From Octopus bimaculoides (taxonomy: Eukaryota): 64,000 bases of DNA. The notes under the pieces were generated by a model, which was not told the DNA's origin, ran no database searches, and saw nothing but the letters and a program-made list of their open reading frames with translations. Location of the stretch: the NCBI RefSeq assembly GCF_001194135.2, contig NC_068993.1, positions 478,236 through 542,235 of the forward strand, in the 5' to 3' direction. Positions 34,871-49,016 of the stretch are shown one piece after another. The translations under genes were made by a program, and so were the position numbers. Numbering within the stretch: position 1 is the stretch's first letter; each line of letters begins with the position of its first letter.

Positions 34871-37800
34871 CTGAAAAAGAGAAGATATTAATGAAGTGAA
34901 AGATTAGATTGGTTAGGTATTAGTTATCTTGAGTCACTTCATAAAATTAACAGCCATCATTCAGGTTGAATTTCTGAGAAAGACATTAGGGAACACGACC
35001 ATCTCACTTAGCATTAAACTGTTTGCTCTGTATATTCAATTGGTCAACGTTTGCTATAAGTAAACCTGCAGTGGTTTTTTTTTTTCCACTTCAGTAACAT
35101 TGATCAGCCTTTGACTGTAACAGCACGAACTCCACTGATGGGAGCCAGGCAGGAGCATTGAAAGGGACAAAGTCAAGTCAAACATTCATAAACAAATAGG
35201 AGTTTACAGTTTATACCTATTCTTTTCTTTTATTCTTTTACTTGTTTCAGTCATGCTGGAGCACCGGCTTTCGTCAAACAAATCAAACCCAGGAATTAAT
35301 CTTTGGAAGCCGAGTACTTATTCTATTGGCCTTTTTGACGAACCACAAAGTTACGGGGACATAAACACACTAGCATCAGTTGTCNNNNNNNNNNNNNNNN
35401 NNNNNNNNNNNNNNNNNNNNNNNNNNNNNNNNNNNNNNNNNNNNNNNNNNNNNNNNNNNNNNNNNNNNNNNNNNNNNNNNNNNNNNNNNNNNNNNNNNNN
35501 NNNNNNNNNNNNNNNNNNNNNNNNNNNNNNNNNNNNNNNNNNNNNNNNNNNNNNNNNNNNNNNNNNNNNNNNNNNNNNNNNNNNNNNNNNNNNNNNNNNN
35601 NNNNNNNNNNNNNNNNNNNNNNNNNNNNNNNNNNNNNNNNNNNNNNNNNNNNNNNNNNNNNNNNNNNNTATATATACGACAGGCTTTTTTCAGTTTCCGT
35701 CTACCAAATCCACTCACAAGCCTTTGGTCAGCCTGAGGCTGTAGTAGACGACACTTGCCTAAAGTGCCATGCAGTGGGGCTGAACCCAGGACTATGTGGT
35801 TGGTAAGAAGCTACTTACCACACAGCCACTCCTGCACCTATGAAGAATTTTCACTTGATAGACATTAATGTATTCAAGGTGGAAGAAGATAATTGCTCCC
35901 AAGTGCTTTAGCACTTGGGAGCAATTGTTCCGTTACAGGGTTCTGCTGCTAAGAGACATGTTTCATTAGCAGAGTATTCTGCTGAAAGTATTCGAGCCAT
36001 TTGTGAGATCCTCCTGTCATTCCATCAATATTGGAGATCTGGAAAAAGGAGTTCTACTTTTCTTTCTGTGCCAAAGCTATTAAATAAATCAATCAAAATT
36101 AAAACGTCCAGTTCTATCAAAAAGTATTCATCCATGTCACAAGAAGTCTTTTTTCCTCTGAAAGATTTATTCAACTGCTTAATCAAGTCTGCACATTGAA
36201 CACCTAATCCCATTAAAATCACATGGATTAAATGACCACCAGGTTGAACCACAGGACAGCAGCAAATATGCCAAGTTTGCAACACTACAATATGAATACT
36301 GTTCAGTAACTTTGTTCTATCAATCCTATTTACTTACATGTTCAACACAATAATCTTTAATCTCATCTTCACTGCATTCCACGCCTTCCTTCAGTTGAAT
36401 GCTTGCACACACGTCTTCTCCCATTCGTTGATCTGGTATCCCAACAACCTATAAAATATGAGATTTAAAAAGAGAGAATGCTTAATAAACTGTACCACTT
36501 CCTCTGAGTTCTTCTACAAGTATTTTCTGCAGACTCCTTTAGTGTTGCTCATAATATAGGACTGGAAATTCTACTGAAAGCTTGTTTGAAGTCTGATTTA
36601 ATGGTCAATCCTCAAATTGGTGATGTTACCCCCCACTAGAAGTTTTCCTCAATACCTCCTGTTGTCTTAACGAAGGAAGGACACAATAGATAATGTCAAA
36701 CATTGCACTATGTATACTCTGAATAAAAGAGATGGTCATTTCTGGAACGTCTTTGATGATGAGTCTTCTCAATCATGGCTAATTTCATACTAAACAACTC
36801 TGTGAATGATCAACTGACTGAGCCACCGATCCTCAGTGGAGGGTAACTGATGACAGGGTGACAATGTGGTGTTGTCAGATGACAGGATACTGGATGTCGC
36901 TGTGTAGCAGACATACCTGACCCATCTCTTCATCAAGAAAATAAATGTTATGGTAGCAATCACTGTATCAGTATTGGAATGATTAGACATAAATTTATTG
37001 AACTAATATAAATATCAGGCTGGGTAGTTAAAGAAGTTTGCATCTGTGCTCTTGGATTCAGTCTCACTTGTGCAGTACTTTGGGTGTCTTTTTGCTACAG
37101 CTCAGACCAACCAAAACCTCTTAAGTAAATTGGGTGGCCGGAAACTGAAAGAAGCCTGTCCTGTATGTGTACATATATATATGCATGTTTACCCTTGTCT
37201 AAATATCACATAATGGTTGTAAATGAGCATCACCCTCATACAAGTGAGGTTGGTTGTTATCATTCTTCTGGGGAAATACTATTTCGCTTGGATACAGTTG
37301 AGGGTTGGTGACAGCTTGGGCATCCAGCCATAGAAAATCTGCCTCAAGAAATTCTGTCTGGTCCTTGCTTGAAAGTGGATATTAAACAATGGTATGAGAT
37401 GCTGGATCTGATAAGGGACCACAATGAGAGGTGAGGCTGTGCAGGAGGGTTTGTGTCCAACACGTGCCTGCATAGAAGAATGAGGATTGATGTGAATAAT
37501 TACTGTAATTTTAAAGCAACAATAGATTGATGCTAATTAGAAGATAAACAGTGGAAATTGTATAAGGATAAATGTTGCATACCTGAACTTCCTTCACTTT
37601 AGGATGTTTGTAGAGCAAGGTTTCGATTTCACTGGGATAAATATTTTCACCTCCTCGAATAATCATGTCTTTGATTCGGCCAGTTATTTTGCAGTAGCCA
37701 TTCTCATCCAAAATGGCAATATCACTGCAATGAAGATACATTTTCATGAAATTATAATTCCTTTTTGAAACATGGATGTTTTAATCAAGGTTGGAATTCC

Positions 37801-40800
37801 TTATATGGACACAAGCTTCTGTGACCATATTTCTTATGACAGACTCAGTACATGGGATTTAATTAATTTTGTCAGTAATTAACAATTTAAAGAGAGATTT
37901 AATCAAATAACTTCTTCATTATTTAGGTAGTGTTATGCAATATCTTGGTTATGTTATCCTCTGCTATTTTAAATGTTTATATTCCGAGATCAAATCCTAT
38001 CAATGTCAACTTGACCTTTCATCTTCTCAGAACTCGGCCCTTTAGTGATGGAATCGATCCTAAATTCCTTCAAAATGTGTGGCTTTGAATAAATATAAAA
38101 GAAACAAAAAAAAAAAGACATTATTTAATTGGTGTTTAACATGTTTCTTAGTTAAAATTATGGTCACAAATTTCAATATTTTAAAGGAAGTTCTTGGTTT
38201 CTTAAAAGACCAGAGATGATATTAAAAGGATTAAAATGCTTCCAAAAATCAATTTTATTATCAATAAAAGAAAATAATATAAAGTCTTACCCTGTTGCAT
38301 ACCATCCCCCACTTTTGATGACTTCTGATGTCTTCTGGGATTCATTCCAGTATCCTAACATTGTTGTGTAACCTCGAGTATAAAGTTCACCTGGTTCATT
38401 TACAGGAAGTAATTTGCCATCAAGATTTACGATTTTTGCCTGTCCAAAGAAACAGGTATTTGGTGTATAATTCAGCTTTTTATGTTGATTTAACAACAAA
38501 TTAATAACTCGTTTAAAATAATACGAAATATTTCTATCATTGAATATTCAGTAACATTTATTGTGTTGATGAAAGAATTAACCTCATCTTTGGAAATTTT
38601 AAACATTATTTCCCTCTTTTATTATGTATTGATCTGAGACTCACCTCAATTAGGAATCTCCATTTTAAAACTAATGAGTGCTGAGAACTGTTCAAGCCAT
38701 GTACAAAGGTGTTGTCATTAAGGTGACTGTTGGCAATGAATTTATGGTACGAATAGGAGTTTCCCAGGGCTCAGATCCCAGTCCCCTCCTATTCATAACA
38801 AGACTGAATCCCATGGGAACTCTTCTATGCTGATGACCTAATTTTGTTGCTGAATCTGTAGCAGGATTGGAAAAGAAATTTCAGGTGTGCAAGCAAAACC
38901 TGAAATCAAAAGACCTTAAAGCTAACTTCATAAAGACCAAGAAAACAGACAGGACACTACACCCACCAAATAAATGACCCCTGATATGTAAGAAAGCAAA
39001 GGTAGAACTTCCATATAATGTACCCAGTGTAAATTATGGATACATAAAAGGTGAAATCACAAAAAGGTTTTCAGAGAAAGCAGACTTTGTCTATGGTAGA
39101 TTCACAAAAACAACCGAGGACTGGAAACAAATTCTCTGAAACACCCAAAAGGTTTGCCAGAAGTTAGAGATAGCTTCTGTTATCCAGGTGTCCTAATTAG
39201 TAGTAGAGTGACATTCCAAAAGTGTAAATGCTTGAATAAGAATAGGATGGAGAGAGTTTTTACCTCTGATGCTAATGAAAGACTTCCGTTTCAGAGTAAA
39301 AGGCAAATTGTATGATGTAATGCGAAATGTAGGCTGTGAATGCAAAAACTAAAAAGAAGCGAGTGCATTCTGCTGGGATATGTCAGTGTGCATATGCAAC
39401 AAAGTGCAAATGTATTGAGAGCAAAACAGCCTAAGAGACATCAGATGTGTAAGAATGAAAACTGTGTTGGTCTGGTCAAGTGATGCATAGGAAGGAGGAT
39501 AGCTGCATGTGGATGGGGCCTGTGGAAGAGGGAGACACCTTTAAGCAGTGAAGTCTGACCTCAGGATGTTGAGCCTCACAAAAGAAGTGACAAAGGATTG
39601 AGACGATTGGCTATTTGTTGTGCTTGAGAAGACATGCCCACCCCAGCAAAAAGGAGGTCCTATGTACTGACCCCCATATTCAAGTCATTTCTCAACATCC
39701 AGCCCTCCATTACTCTTCTAAGTACAGTACTTCCTCAGTTGCTGTAATTAAATAATTATATGACAGTAGAAGTGCACATATTCCCTTCCCCATACCTTTG
39801 TGCTACCAATTTCCCAGCTCCCTGGAGTCAATTCCACATGTTACCCACCTTGCACTTTTAATATCATCCCAGACCACTTTTGAACACCATCTCATATCGG
39901 CCGGCAATCGTCCCCACCACTGCTCGTCATTCTCTCTCGTTATTTCTTACATAAATGTGTACTCACATCCACCTTCACTCTTCCCACTGCTCTTGTGCCC
40001 ACCTCACCCCCTCGTACTGCCACTTATCAACCTTCTCCTCCTCCTCAATCCACTCCTTTTTTTTTCACCTCCCACCACTCAAAAACTCATATTCACCACT
40101 GACTTTGTCCCCTTTGTTGTTCACTGCATTCCTTTTACTTCTGTATTCCTTACTTCTAACCATCTCCCATTCCAGCAAACATACCTGCTCGTCTCCATCC
40201 CCCCTCTTATCTCTTCCCATCAGTTTCTCTCCTTTCTGTGGTTATGCACCTCTTCTACAGCAAGACACCTCAACACTTAGTATAAGCTGCCCCCTTCAAT
40301 GAAGGGGTCTTCTTTTCTGAGCTACATGGTGGCCTCACTAGAGTAACATGAAAAAGCATCCGATACACTCTGTTATAAAGACTCCCGCCACTACGGTATC
40401 TCAGCATCTCCCACCATGGAGCATAAACCTACCTCTGTATGGGATGAAACCTGACCCACGGTTGAACATTTCCTTTCTGCAGTGTCATTAAAATCACTCT
40501 GAAATGTCACTGGACTCGTTTCGGTACTTCCATAACATATCTGAAAACACAAGAAATGTGACTGTAATTGGCTGGGATACCTTTCACCTTTCAGCATTGA
40601 AACAGGCCATTTCTGGCCCAAATATTCTGTCTATTTTATGTTCAAACCAGCCAGATCCAGTCTTTCATACCTATCCTACAATGTCATTCTGAAAATATAC
40701 AATCACATCATCAAAATCTCAAAGCCATGAAATATTGTAAGATTAATTCAAAACAATGGGAATAAATAAGCAGAACATTTGACAGAATAATTTGAATGCT

Positions 40801-43800
40801 GAAGGGTTAAACATGGATCTTTTCTATCAGAGCTGTCCTAATCATCATCATCATCTTTCATACAGATACTTACTGTAATGTGAGGCATATGCATGTCTCT
40901 CATGACTCTTTCCATAAGGGATATGGGACAGACAGAGCCAGCCATGACTCCGGTCCTTAATGATGTCAGATCATATTTTGGAAAGTCTGGATGATTCAAA
41001 ATGTCTATAAACATGGTTGGAACACCATACATGGAATTGCACCTAATGGACGAAACAGAAAAAGGTTAAGGATGTGAATAACATGCAAATCAAAGCCAGC
41101 CGCGATCATCTCATCTTATTAAGACAGGAGGTCAGTCCCAATCCAGTAAATCTACAATCAAAGACGTTCCAACTATGACCATCACATCTTTTATTCAGAT
41201 ACAGTGTATCTAGGACTATATCAATTAATGTGTCCTTTTTTAAGATTTGACGATTTGGCTGATGATACCACAGAAGGTAGAAACATATAAATAAAAGATG
41301 GAATGACTAAGTTCTAATCACTAATTGCAACAATTATTTCTGTGCATTGGTAACGACTGTCAGTTGCTGAGTTTTCCATATTTATGCTCTTACTTAAACA
41401 TCATATAAATAAACATGATCTGGAAGCCATTGTGCACCTTCACGTCATCAGGTGCACAGTGGCTTTGATAGCACACACACACACACACACACACATCCAT
41501 CATTGAAGATAAGTGATGTAGTGTTGCAGTTACATTTTGGTTAATAAATTATTGAAAGATTCTCGCATGGGATGTGATCAATATGGTAGAATAATTCTTG
41601 ATGAAGTGTGTGTGTGATTTTAAAATGTTGAATAAATATTGGCCAAGTCTACCTTTCGTTTTCAATAGCTGTTAGAACGGTCTTTGCTTCAAATCCAGGA
41701 GATGGGAAGATGCAGCAAGTTCGGTGAGTAATCATTGTTAATGCACCAACAACAGAACCAAAACAATGGTACAATGGAACTGGCACACACACACGGTGTT
41801 TCTAAAAAATGAAGAAATAAGTAAATAATCCGGGCCTGAAATTTTCTGGGAGGAGGTTTGTCCCCCACCACCACCCCACTCAGTGCTCTCGACTGGTACT
41901 TATATCATTGACAGTCCTAATTAAATGCCATAAGGTATTTTGTAATAATAATAATAATAATAATAATGATTTCAAATTTTGACACAAGGCCAGCAATTTC
42001 AGAGTTAAGGAATAAGTCTATTACATTGACCCCAGTGTTCAACAGTTCCATATTATTTATCAACCCTGAAAGGATGAAAGGCAAAGTCCACCTTGGTGAC
42101 AATAATAATAACAATAATATTCATAACATCAACATCTTGGATCCAGTATTTTCACAATCTGGACGTTTTATTCAGCACTTTAGTCTTACAGTGTATAAAT
42201 AAACTCTTTTAACAAAGAAAAAAAGCAATAAAATAATTCTTTCTCAATGTAAACCTAAATTGACAATAAAGTACTTGAGGACGCTATAGTGAAACATGTA
42301 CTTACCACTTCATTGTATCTTAAACGAAAACCTACATAGTAACTATTGTTGAGAATACTGAAGTGTGACAGAGTGGCCCCTTTAGGTTTACCAGTTGTTC
42401 CCTACAAGATATACATAAAGAATAGATTTGTGTAATGAGATGTGAGTAATAATAATAATAAATAAATAATAATAATAATAATAATAATAATGCTCTGTAG
42501 CAGCCTAAAAACAGAAACAATCTCTATTCTCGAATGAGGTGTGGATATGGCTGTGGAGATGAGGAGTATGCTTCCAAACATTTCAGGTTCAGTCCCACTG
42601 TGAGGCACTCAGCCAAGTGTCTTCTACAGTCACAGCCTGACCAAAACCTTAGTAGATTTGATAAACAGAAACTGAAAGAAGCCCATTGTGTGTATGTGTG
42701 TGTGTGTGTGTGCGCGCGCGTATGTCTATGTGTGTATGTTTGTGTCTCCTTGTCTTAACATCACATAATAGTTGTAAACGAGTTCCACGGTCATATAAGT
42801 GGTGTCATTCATTTCCCGTTTTCCCTGGAAACATGTCTGGCCATGAGGAAATATCACCTTGCTTGGAAACAGATAAGGGTTGGTGACAGGAGGGACATCC
42901 AGCCATAGAAAATGTGCCTCAATAAACTCCAGTTTTTAAAGGCATGGAAAAGTGGACATTAAAACGATTTTATACAAGGACTTCATTAAGACTAATTATG
43001 TTGAAACCCTATGGAGTACATATTTGTTACATTATTACCAAATACAGTAAAATATAATGAGCAGAACTTACTGAAGTGAACTGAATGTTAACCGGATCAT
43101 CAAACTGAAGTTCCTTTTGTAGATTCCCTATGTATTGGACTCCTTTAGTGGTGCCTGCCTGCAGAACTTCTTGAAATGAAAATGTGCCACTGAAATCGGA
43201 AATGCCAGCCTGCATCAATGGAGCAGAGGTAGACAAGAGTGGTTCCATACACTCACACTCACACATGTTATAGTGAAATAGTATTTGACTCATCTGACAT
43301 GGATAGAGAGTCTGTGGATTGTTACAAGTGTCAAAGTTACCCAAATCTACAATTATGCCAAATCTCTTTTAATGTGGCATTATTTCTTCCAGTGACAACA
43401 CCTGTCTCATGCCCTCATCAGTCACAATGTCACATTGTCTCAGGTATTATATTCGGTTTCAGGTGTTACCATGTCACACTTATATTCAACAAGCGCAATA
43501 TCATCTCATCTGTTGGATTGTTTTGCAATTATCAGAATTTCTTAACAAATACTCACGCTATTTTCTTGGTTTCCATTGAAATTATCATTTTCAAAGATGG
43601 TAACCTATAAACAAAATGTTAAATTAAAAATAGAATCAGTTTTAGTGAGTTAAAACAATTTTAAACTGAAAATATTAATTTAATTTTTACATTGTCACAT
43701 GGTCTAAAATTTAGGAAACAAGTATATCTGACTGACTTCAGGATATAACTGGTATTTATCAACCAAGAAAGAATGAAAGACAAAGTCGATTTTGTGTGTC

Positions 43801-46800
43801 CTTGTCTAAGTGTCTTCAACAAAAGCCTTGTCAACGAAATCTGGAGGAGAAAAATTGTATGGAAGCCTACACAGACTGTTTTGCTCTAGTGTGGTTGACT
43901 CTAATTTATCTCCGAGATTTAGCAACGAGAAGAACAGACATGCAACTGTTGCAACAAAAACTTTCTCATGAAAGGCAAATGCTGTCAGAAAAAACATAAT
44001 ACACCAATAATATACCACACCAATTCATTCTCAGACTGAAATAAGTACTGATGTCGATAGGATAGACTAAACCTTAGAGGCTGATGCCCCAGCATGGCCA
44101 CAACTCAGTGAGTGAAACTAACGGAAAAAGGTAAAAGACTGCCTTACCTTTTAGATTTGATATCTCCCGGAGTTGATGTAGGTAGGTCTGGTATTAAATG
44201 GTGCAAAATGTTGTAATAGTTTGTGTCACGGAATGGACCAGCTATCACTAAAGCTTTCATACCGACCTTAAATATTAGAAACAAAATATTTGATAGAAAT
44301 CTGTTGAAAAAAACTAAAATAGAATTTAGATGACTCATGACATATTAATCACACACAAACACAGAAGATGTTCATTTGTCAGAGTGACAAGGGCCATTTA
44401 GTCATCCTTCAGGATGACTGATGATGCGTGTGGTGACTTTGTTTAAAGTGTAGAATTGCACACCATCAACATCATTCTCTTGTCTGAGATCATTTTCATT
44501 CCAGTAGCAAGACCAGGTCAAGATAACTGGGGGATGGAAGTGGATGCTGTGGACGACCAAGAGGCCCTACTTGCCTCATCTTGCTCTTTGCACTCCACAA
44601 TGCATTGCCCTGGCCACCTTTCCCTTCATTGAACCACAAAGTCTGCTGGATCCTGTTTTCGCATGCATTGGTAGACAAGCCATAATATGCTGATCAACTC
44701 TAAGCTGGGACCCTGACAATTGCTACTATTCCAGATCAGAGTAGATCTGAGAACAATAGTGGCCACACTCCTCAAAACCCTTGGAACTACAAGTTATCAT
44801 TTGAGAAATAGAGACCAGCAGGCAAAGCACTTTTGAAGGTGGTGCTCCAGCATGGACTGCTATTCAGAATATACTGAAACCAGTGAAAGAATAAAAGAAA
44901 AGAATCTGGATCTTACAGTATTTACAACGTGCTCCAATTCTGCCATTCTAAAAGCTGGGTTGACGTTTACCTGTAAGAAAGAGAAAAAAAACAGGAAAAA
45001 GAGGCAACACAGCTCTGGAACAAAAGATATGAACAAAGGAAATAATTAAGATATTTAATTCTTTTTAATCTTCAGTTATAATAAAGTTATAAGTAAACTG
45101 TAAACGATAAAAAGGAGGTAAAACTCTATAGAAGATGTAGGGATCTCCAGGATAGATTTTGGAAGGGTTAGGGACCAGCAGAAAAGGTTCATTTAAAAAG
45201 ATAAGAAGTAACAATGGTAAAACACATATGTAAAATAATTAATTAATTGATTATTTAATTATCATGATTTAAGACTGAACACAGAATTTAAATAAATGGA
45301 TATTCATTAGTTAGATGAGAATGACAAACAAAACAGAAATTATATATATACACTTTTTTAACAGTGTATATATATATGGGGCATCAATATACATCCACAG
45401 ACACAACAATTATTTTAAATTAGTGACACACACACACACACACACACTTATGTTGGTTTTTGTCTACTAAATTCCAATTTCCATATATTGATTCAGATCC
45501 AATGGAAATATATTTCATTCTATTGTTTTTTTTATAAATTTTTATTTACATCAAAATGTATTTTTCTGCCAAGCAAAGTTTACATATGTTGGTGCCTTCA
45601 TTGTGGTTTTCAGTAAGCCTGGTGATGGACCATTAATAACCAAATATCTTTTGAAAAGGCACCATGTTCTTCTTACATATATTTCTGAAGAAACTGATAT
45701 GGAGTGTATAATAATTTTTATTGCTACACACCATCAAAAAGGGAAAAAAATCTGGTGTATTTAGCAACTTGTGTGTATGTTGGCGTTTTACAAAGTGACA
45801 AGGAAACCAATTGATGTGTTGAACAGAAATATCTTGACATTACTTGACATTACCACCATCAGAAATTCAATGAATCAGTTATTGACCCCTAGGGAACCTG
45901 TAATCAACAACGCTATTATTGACAGAAGTCATGATAAATAAAATAATTTAGAAAATAGCAATATTTACTGAAATGATTCCAGCTCTGAAACCTGCATACT
46001 GGGCTAGTAACCATTCATAAGAATTTGGTCCCCAAATACCAATTCTGTCTCCTTTGTTTATTCCAAGATCCAGGAAACTAGCAGCTAGTTGATCACACTA
46101 TCAAAAGATGAAGAAATTGATGGAATTATAAGAAATATGGCATGGAAAAAGAAAAAAAAAATGGACAAGAATAATTAAAATTTCTACGCAATATTTATAT
46201 AAATACAGGATTTTTTTTTTACATGAAAAACAACTCCAGGAACAAAACAAACAAGAAATGATAAGAGTAAAGATTATTTGCCAACATAACATGGCAGTCC
46301 TGGTTTAGGACGAATGTTGCTGTAATTTAGCCCCAGCATGCATCACTTCCAGCTGGCTGCACGACACGATGTGTGTCCTTATAGCCAGCTGGAGACAATG
46401 TCTCCTGGGGCTAAATTACAGCAACATTCCTCCTAAACCAGGACTGCCATGTTATGTTGGCAAACAATCTTTACTCCAAAGTACTGTTGCTGAATATCTC
46501 TCCTTGTGAGACTTATAAATAGTAATTTTCTAAAGAAATGATAAGTAATTAATTTTATATTTTAAGAAATTTGGTTGAAAGAAACAGTTTAGAATTTTGT
46601 TGCAAATGGATTCGGAGTTTTTCTGTCACCCAGTTTAAAAGCATCATCACCTGATTCCTGGCACCTTTAATTAAGTCCACTCTATTGCAAAGATGTTCTA
46701 AGGATAAGTTCATCCATTTCTCCTATAAGTTTCACAGGCCCCAAACTCTTCACTAAGTCCACAGGAATAGATTGTTTTCACTCATTGTCCTTACCAGAGA

Positions 46801-48978
46801 CAGTTTCTCATTAATTAGTCTAGATGTGATGCCATAAATTTGTTCCACTTGGATGACTGATTGATGTGTATGTGTGTGTGTCTATTTTGATAGACTCAGA
46901 ATTGAACTCATACCCACTAACTAAGCAACTACACTTATATTCCTTATCCCATATGAGGAGATATCAGTATGCAATAATTAATCATTTTTATATGAAATTT
47001 AAGGTCAAAATTATTGTTTCATCTTTTTTTGGATCAATATAATTAACTGTCTCTCCTCAATCATTCTGAATCACCCTTTAGCAAATATTTCTGATCAATG
47101 CAAGATCAAACAATCAATCATTTATCTGCACAGAATGTAGAAAATTGAGAAATATAAATATTTTGTCTCTCAAGACTTACTTCTTTTAAGAACTGAGCAA
47201 ATGTTTTTCTTATTCCACTTGAGTAAAATACACAAGCTTCATCATCTGGGTTGTTTTCTGTCTGTTCTTGGAACATGTCTCCAATGGTGGAACCAAGAAA
47301 AGGTATATCTGCTGGTCCATGGACATAGCTGGAGGTTAAGGTTTTCTTTCCAGAACTGCTGAGTGGCTTTGTGTCTGTCGTACACCCCCTGAAATTGATG
47401 TAGAATACAATGTCAGCAGGAAGACGTGGGCTGAAAGATATTAGGAAAATCGAATATCAACGGAGAACAATGAATTTATACCACAGGAGATGGCTGTAAA
47501 AGGGCAACATATCACACCTTTGTATATAAAATATAAATAAAAACTAATGGAGAACCTGTGTTTTGCCTAATACTTCTTTACTGGACTGCTGGAGCCTTAG
47601 GAACACGAAGAATAAGAAATTAATGGGAGAAAGGCGATATTCAACCGATATCCAGGCTGGAAGTGGCCCACAGGCTGGGAGTTTGACATGCCTGATTTAT
47701 AGGAATCTTTTTATCAAACTCCAGTATCTGTCTGATATTTTATTTTAACTGACTTTGATCAGCCTTGAACTCACAACCCGAAGGTTAATGGTAACTCAAT
47801 GCTACAGAATGTTTTAATCTGACACTAACGATTATGTTACTGAGATAAGTAGGACAGAACAAATGAGTTCACATGGATTTCATTGTAGGGAGGAGAAGAA
47901 GGAGAGTAGGTGAGGGAGAGAGAGAGGGAGAGAGATGTATGGTGGTGGTGGCAGTGAGATAATGCCTCAAATATGCACATCATCATCATCATCATCGTTT
48001 AACGTCAGCTTTCCATGCTAGCATGGGTTGGACAAACATTGTTATAATTGTATAAACCATATATCACAATGAGTTCTTCAAGGCGGTGCTCCAGCATAAC
48101 CGCAGTTTAATGCCTCAAACAAATAAAGAAAGGATAAATACTTTTCAGAGGCCGTAGGTTATGATTACGAATTCACTGATAAAGCTTTGGTCGGCTCAGG
48201 ATTGTAGTAGAAGACACTTGCTCGAGGTGGGAGCATCTAGTGGGACTGAACCCAGAATCATACGGTTGGGAAACAATCCTTTTAGCACACAGTCACTCCT
48301 GCACCTACTTGTAGAAAATTTCATTAAAAGAAACATTCATTTTTCTGAAAGTTATGAGGAAACAAGGTCGATAGGGGTTGGACACATTTGTGTAGATATG
48401 CGTGCAGTATACACACCTCGTCACATACTTTAATAAGATATAATGTTGGAAGTAAATTGTTTGCCCCCAAAGTACGATGATGCTGTTATATTGTCCCCTA
48501 TTATTGTAATTGTGTATCGTCGAATTACTTTAACTTATTATTTACGCTATTTAAATAAAGTGTGAGTTTTTCACTTCAACAAAACAAAATGTAGACAAGT
48601 TGTCAACATTGGCAAACGTTTTCGGAACGATGAAATGCAAGTACTTCCCCGAAGTTTAACATTATTTCATTATAATTAACACTCAACATTATTATGCCTT
48701 AGAAATCTAACAGCACCGTCCACAAATAAGATTACAATATGGTTTAACAGCCAACATGATAATAAGAGAATGTCTCAATACTTGTTATGTAACACTGAAA
48801 ACCACCCGTTTACTGATAGAAAGGAGTTTATGCGAAGAGAAAACTCTAATTAATTAATGAAGCGAGGATGGAATTAATGGAACCAATTAACTAAAATTAT
48901 ATTTGTTTATTATGCTTTCATTACAACGTGTTATTTTTCAAAAGTAATGTCAACAGTTTATATATGAATGTTTATATA

Positions 48979-49016
<38 letters not shown>

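Noticed and set aside
39798-40302. 160-aa and 115-aa pyrimidine-rich ORFs
   Set aside because: Low-complexity Leu/Pro/Ser composition with no recognisable motif, lying in ACSF2 intron 11 beside LINE debris; probably repeat-derived
43190-43210. Upstream acceptor (gatgcag|GCTGGC) for ACSF2 exon 7 suggested by the ORF track
   Set aside because: Incompatible with the phase-2 end of exon 6; the acceptor at 43190-43191 restores the frame and the alignment
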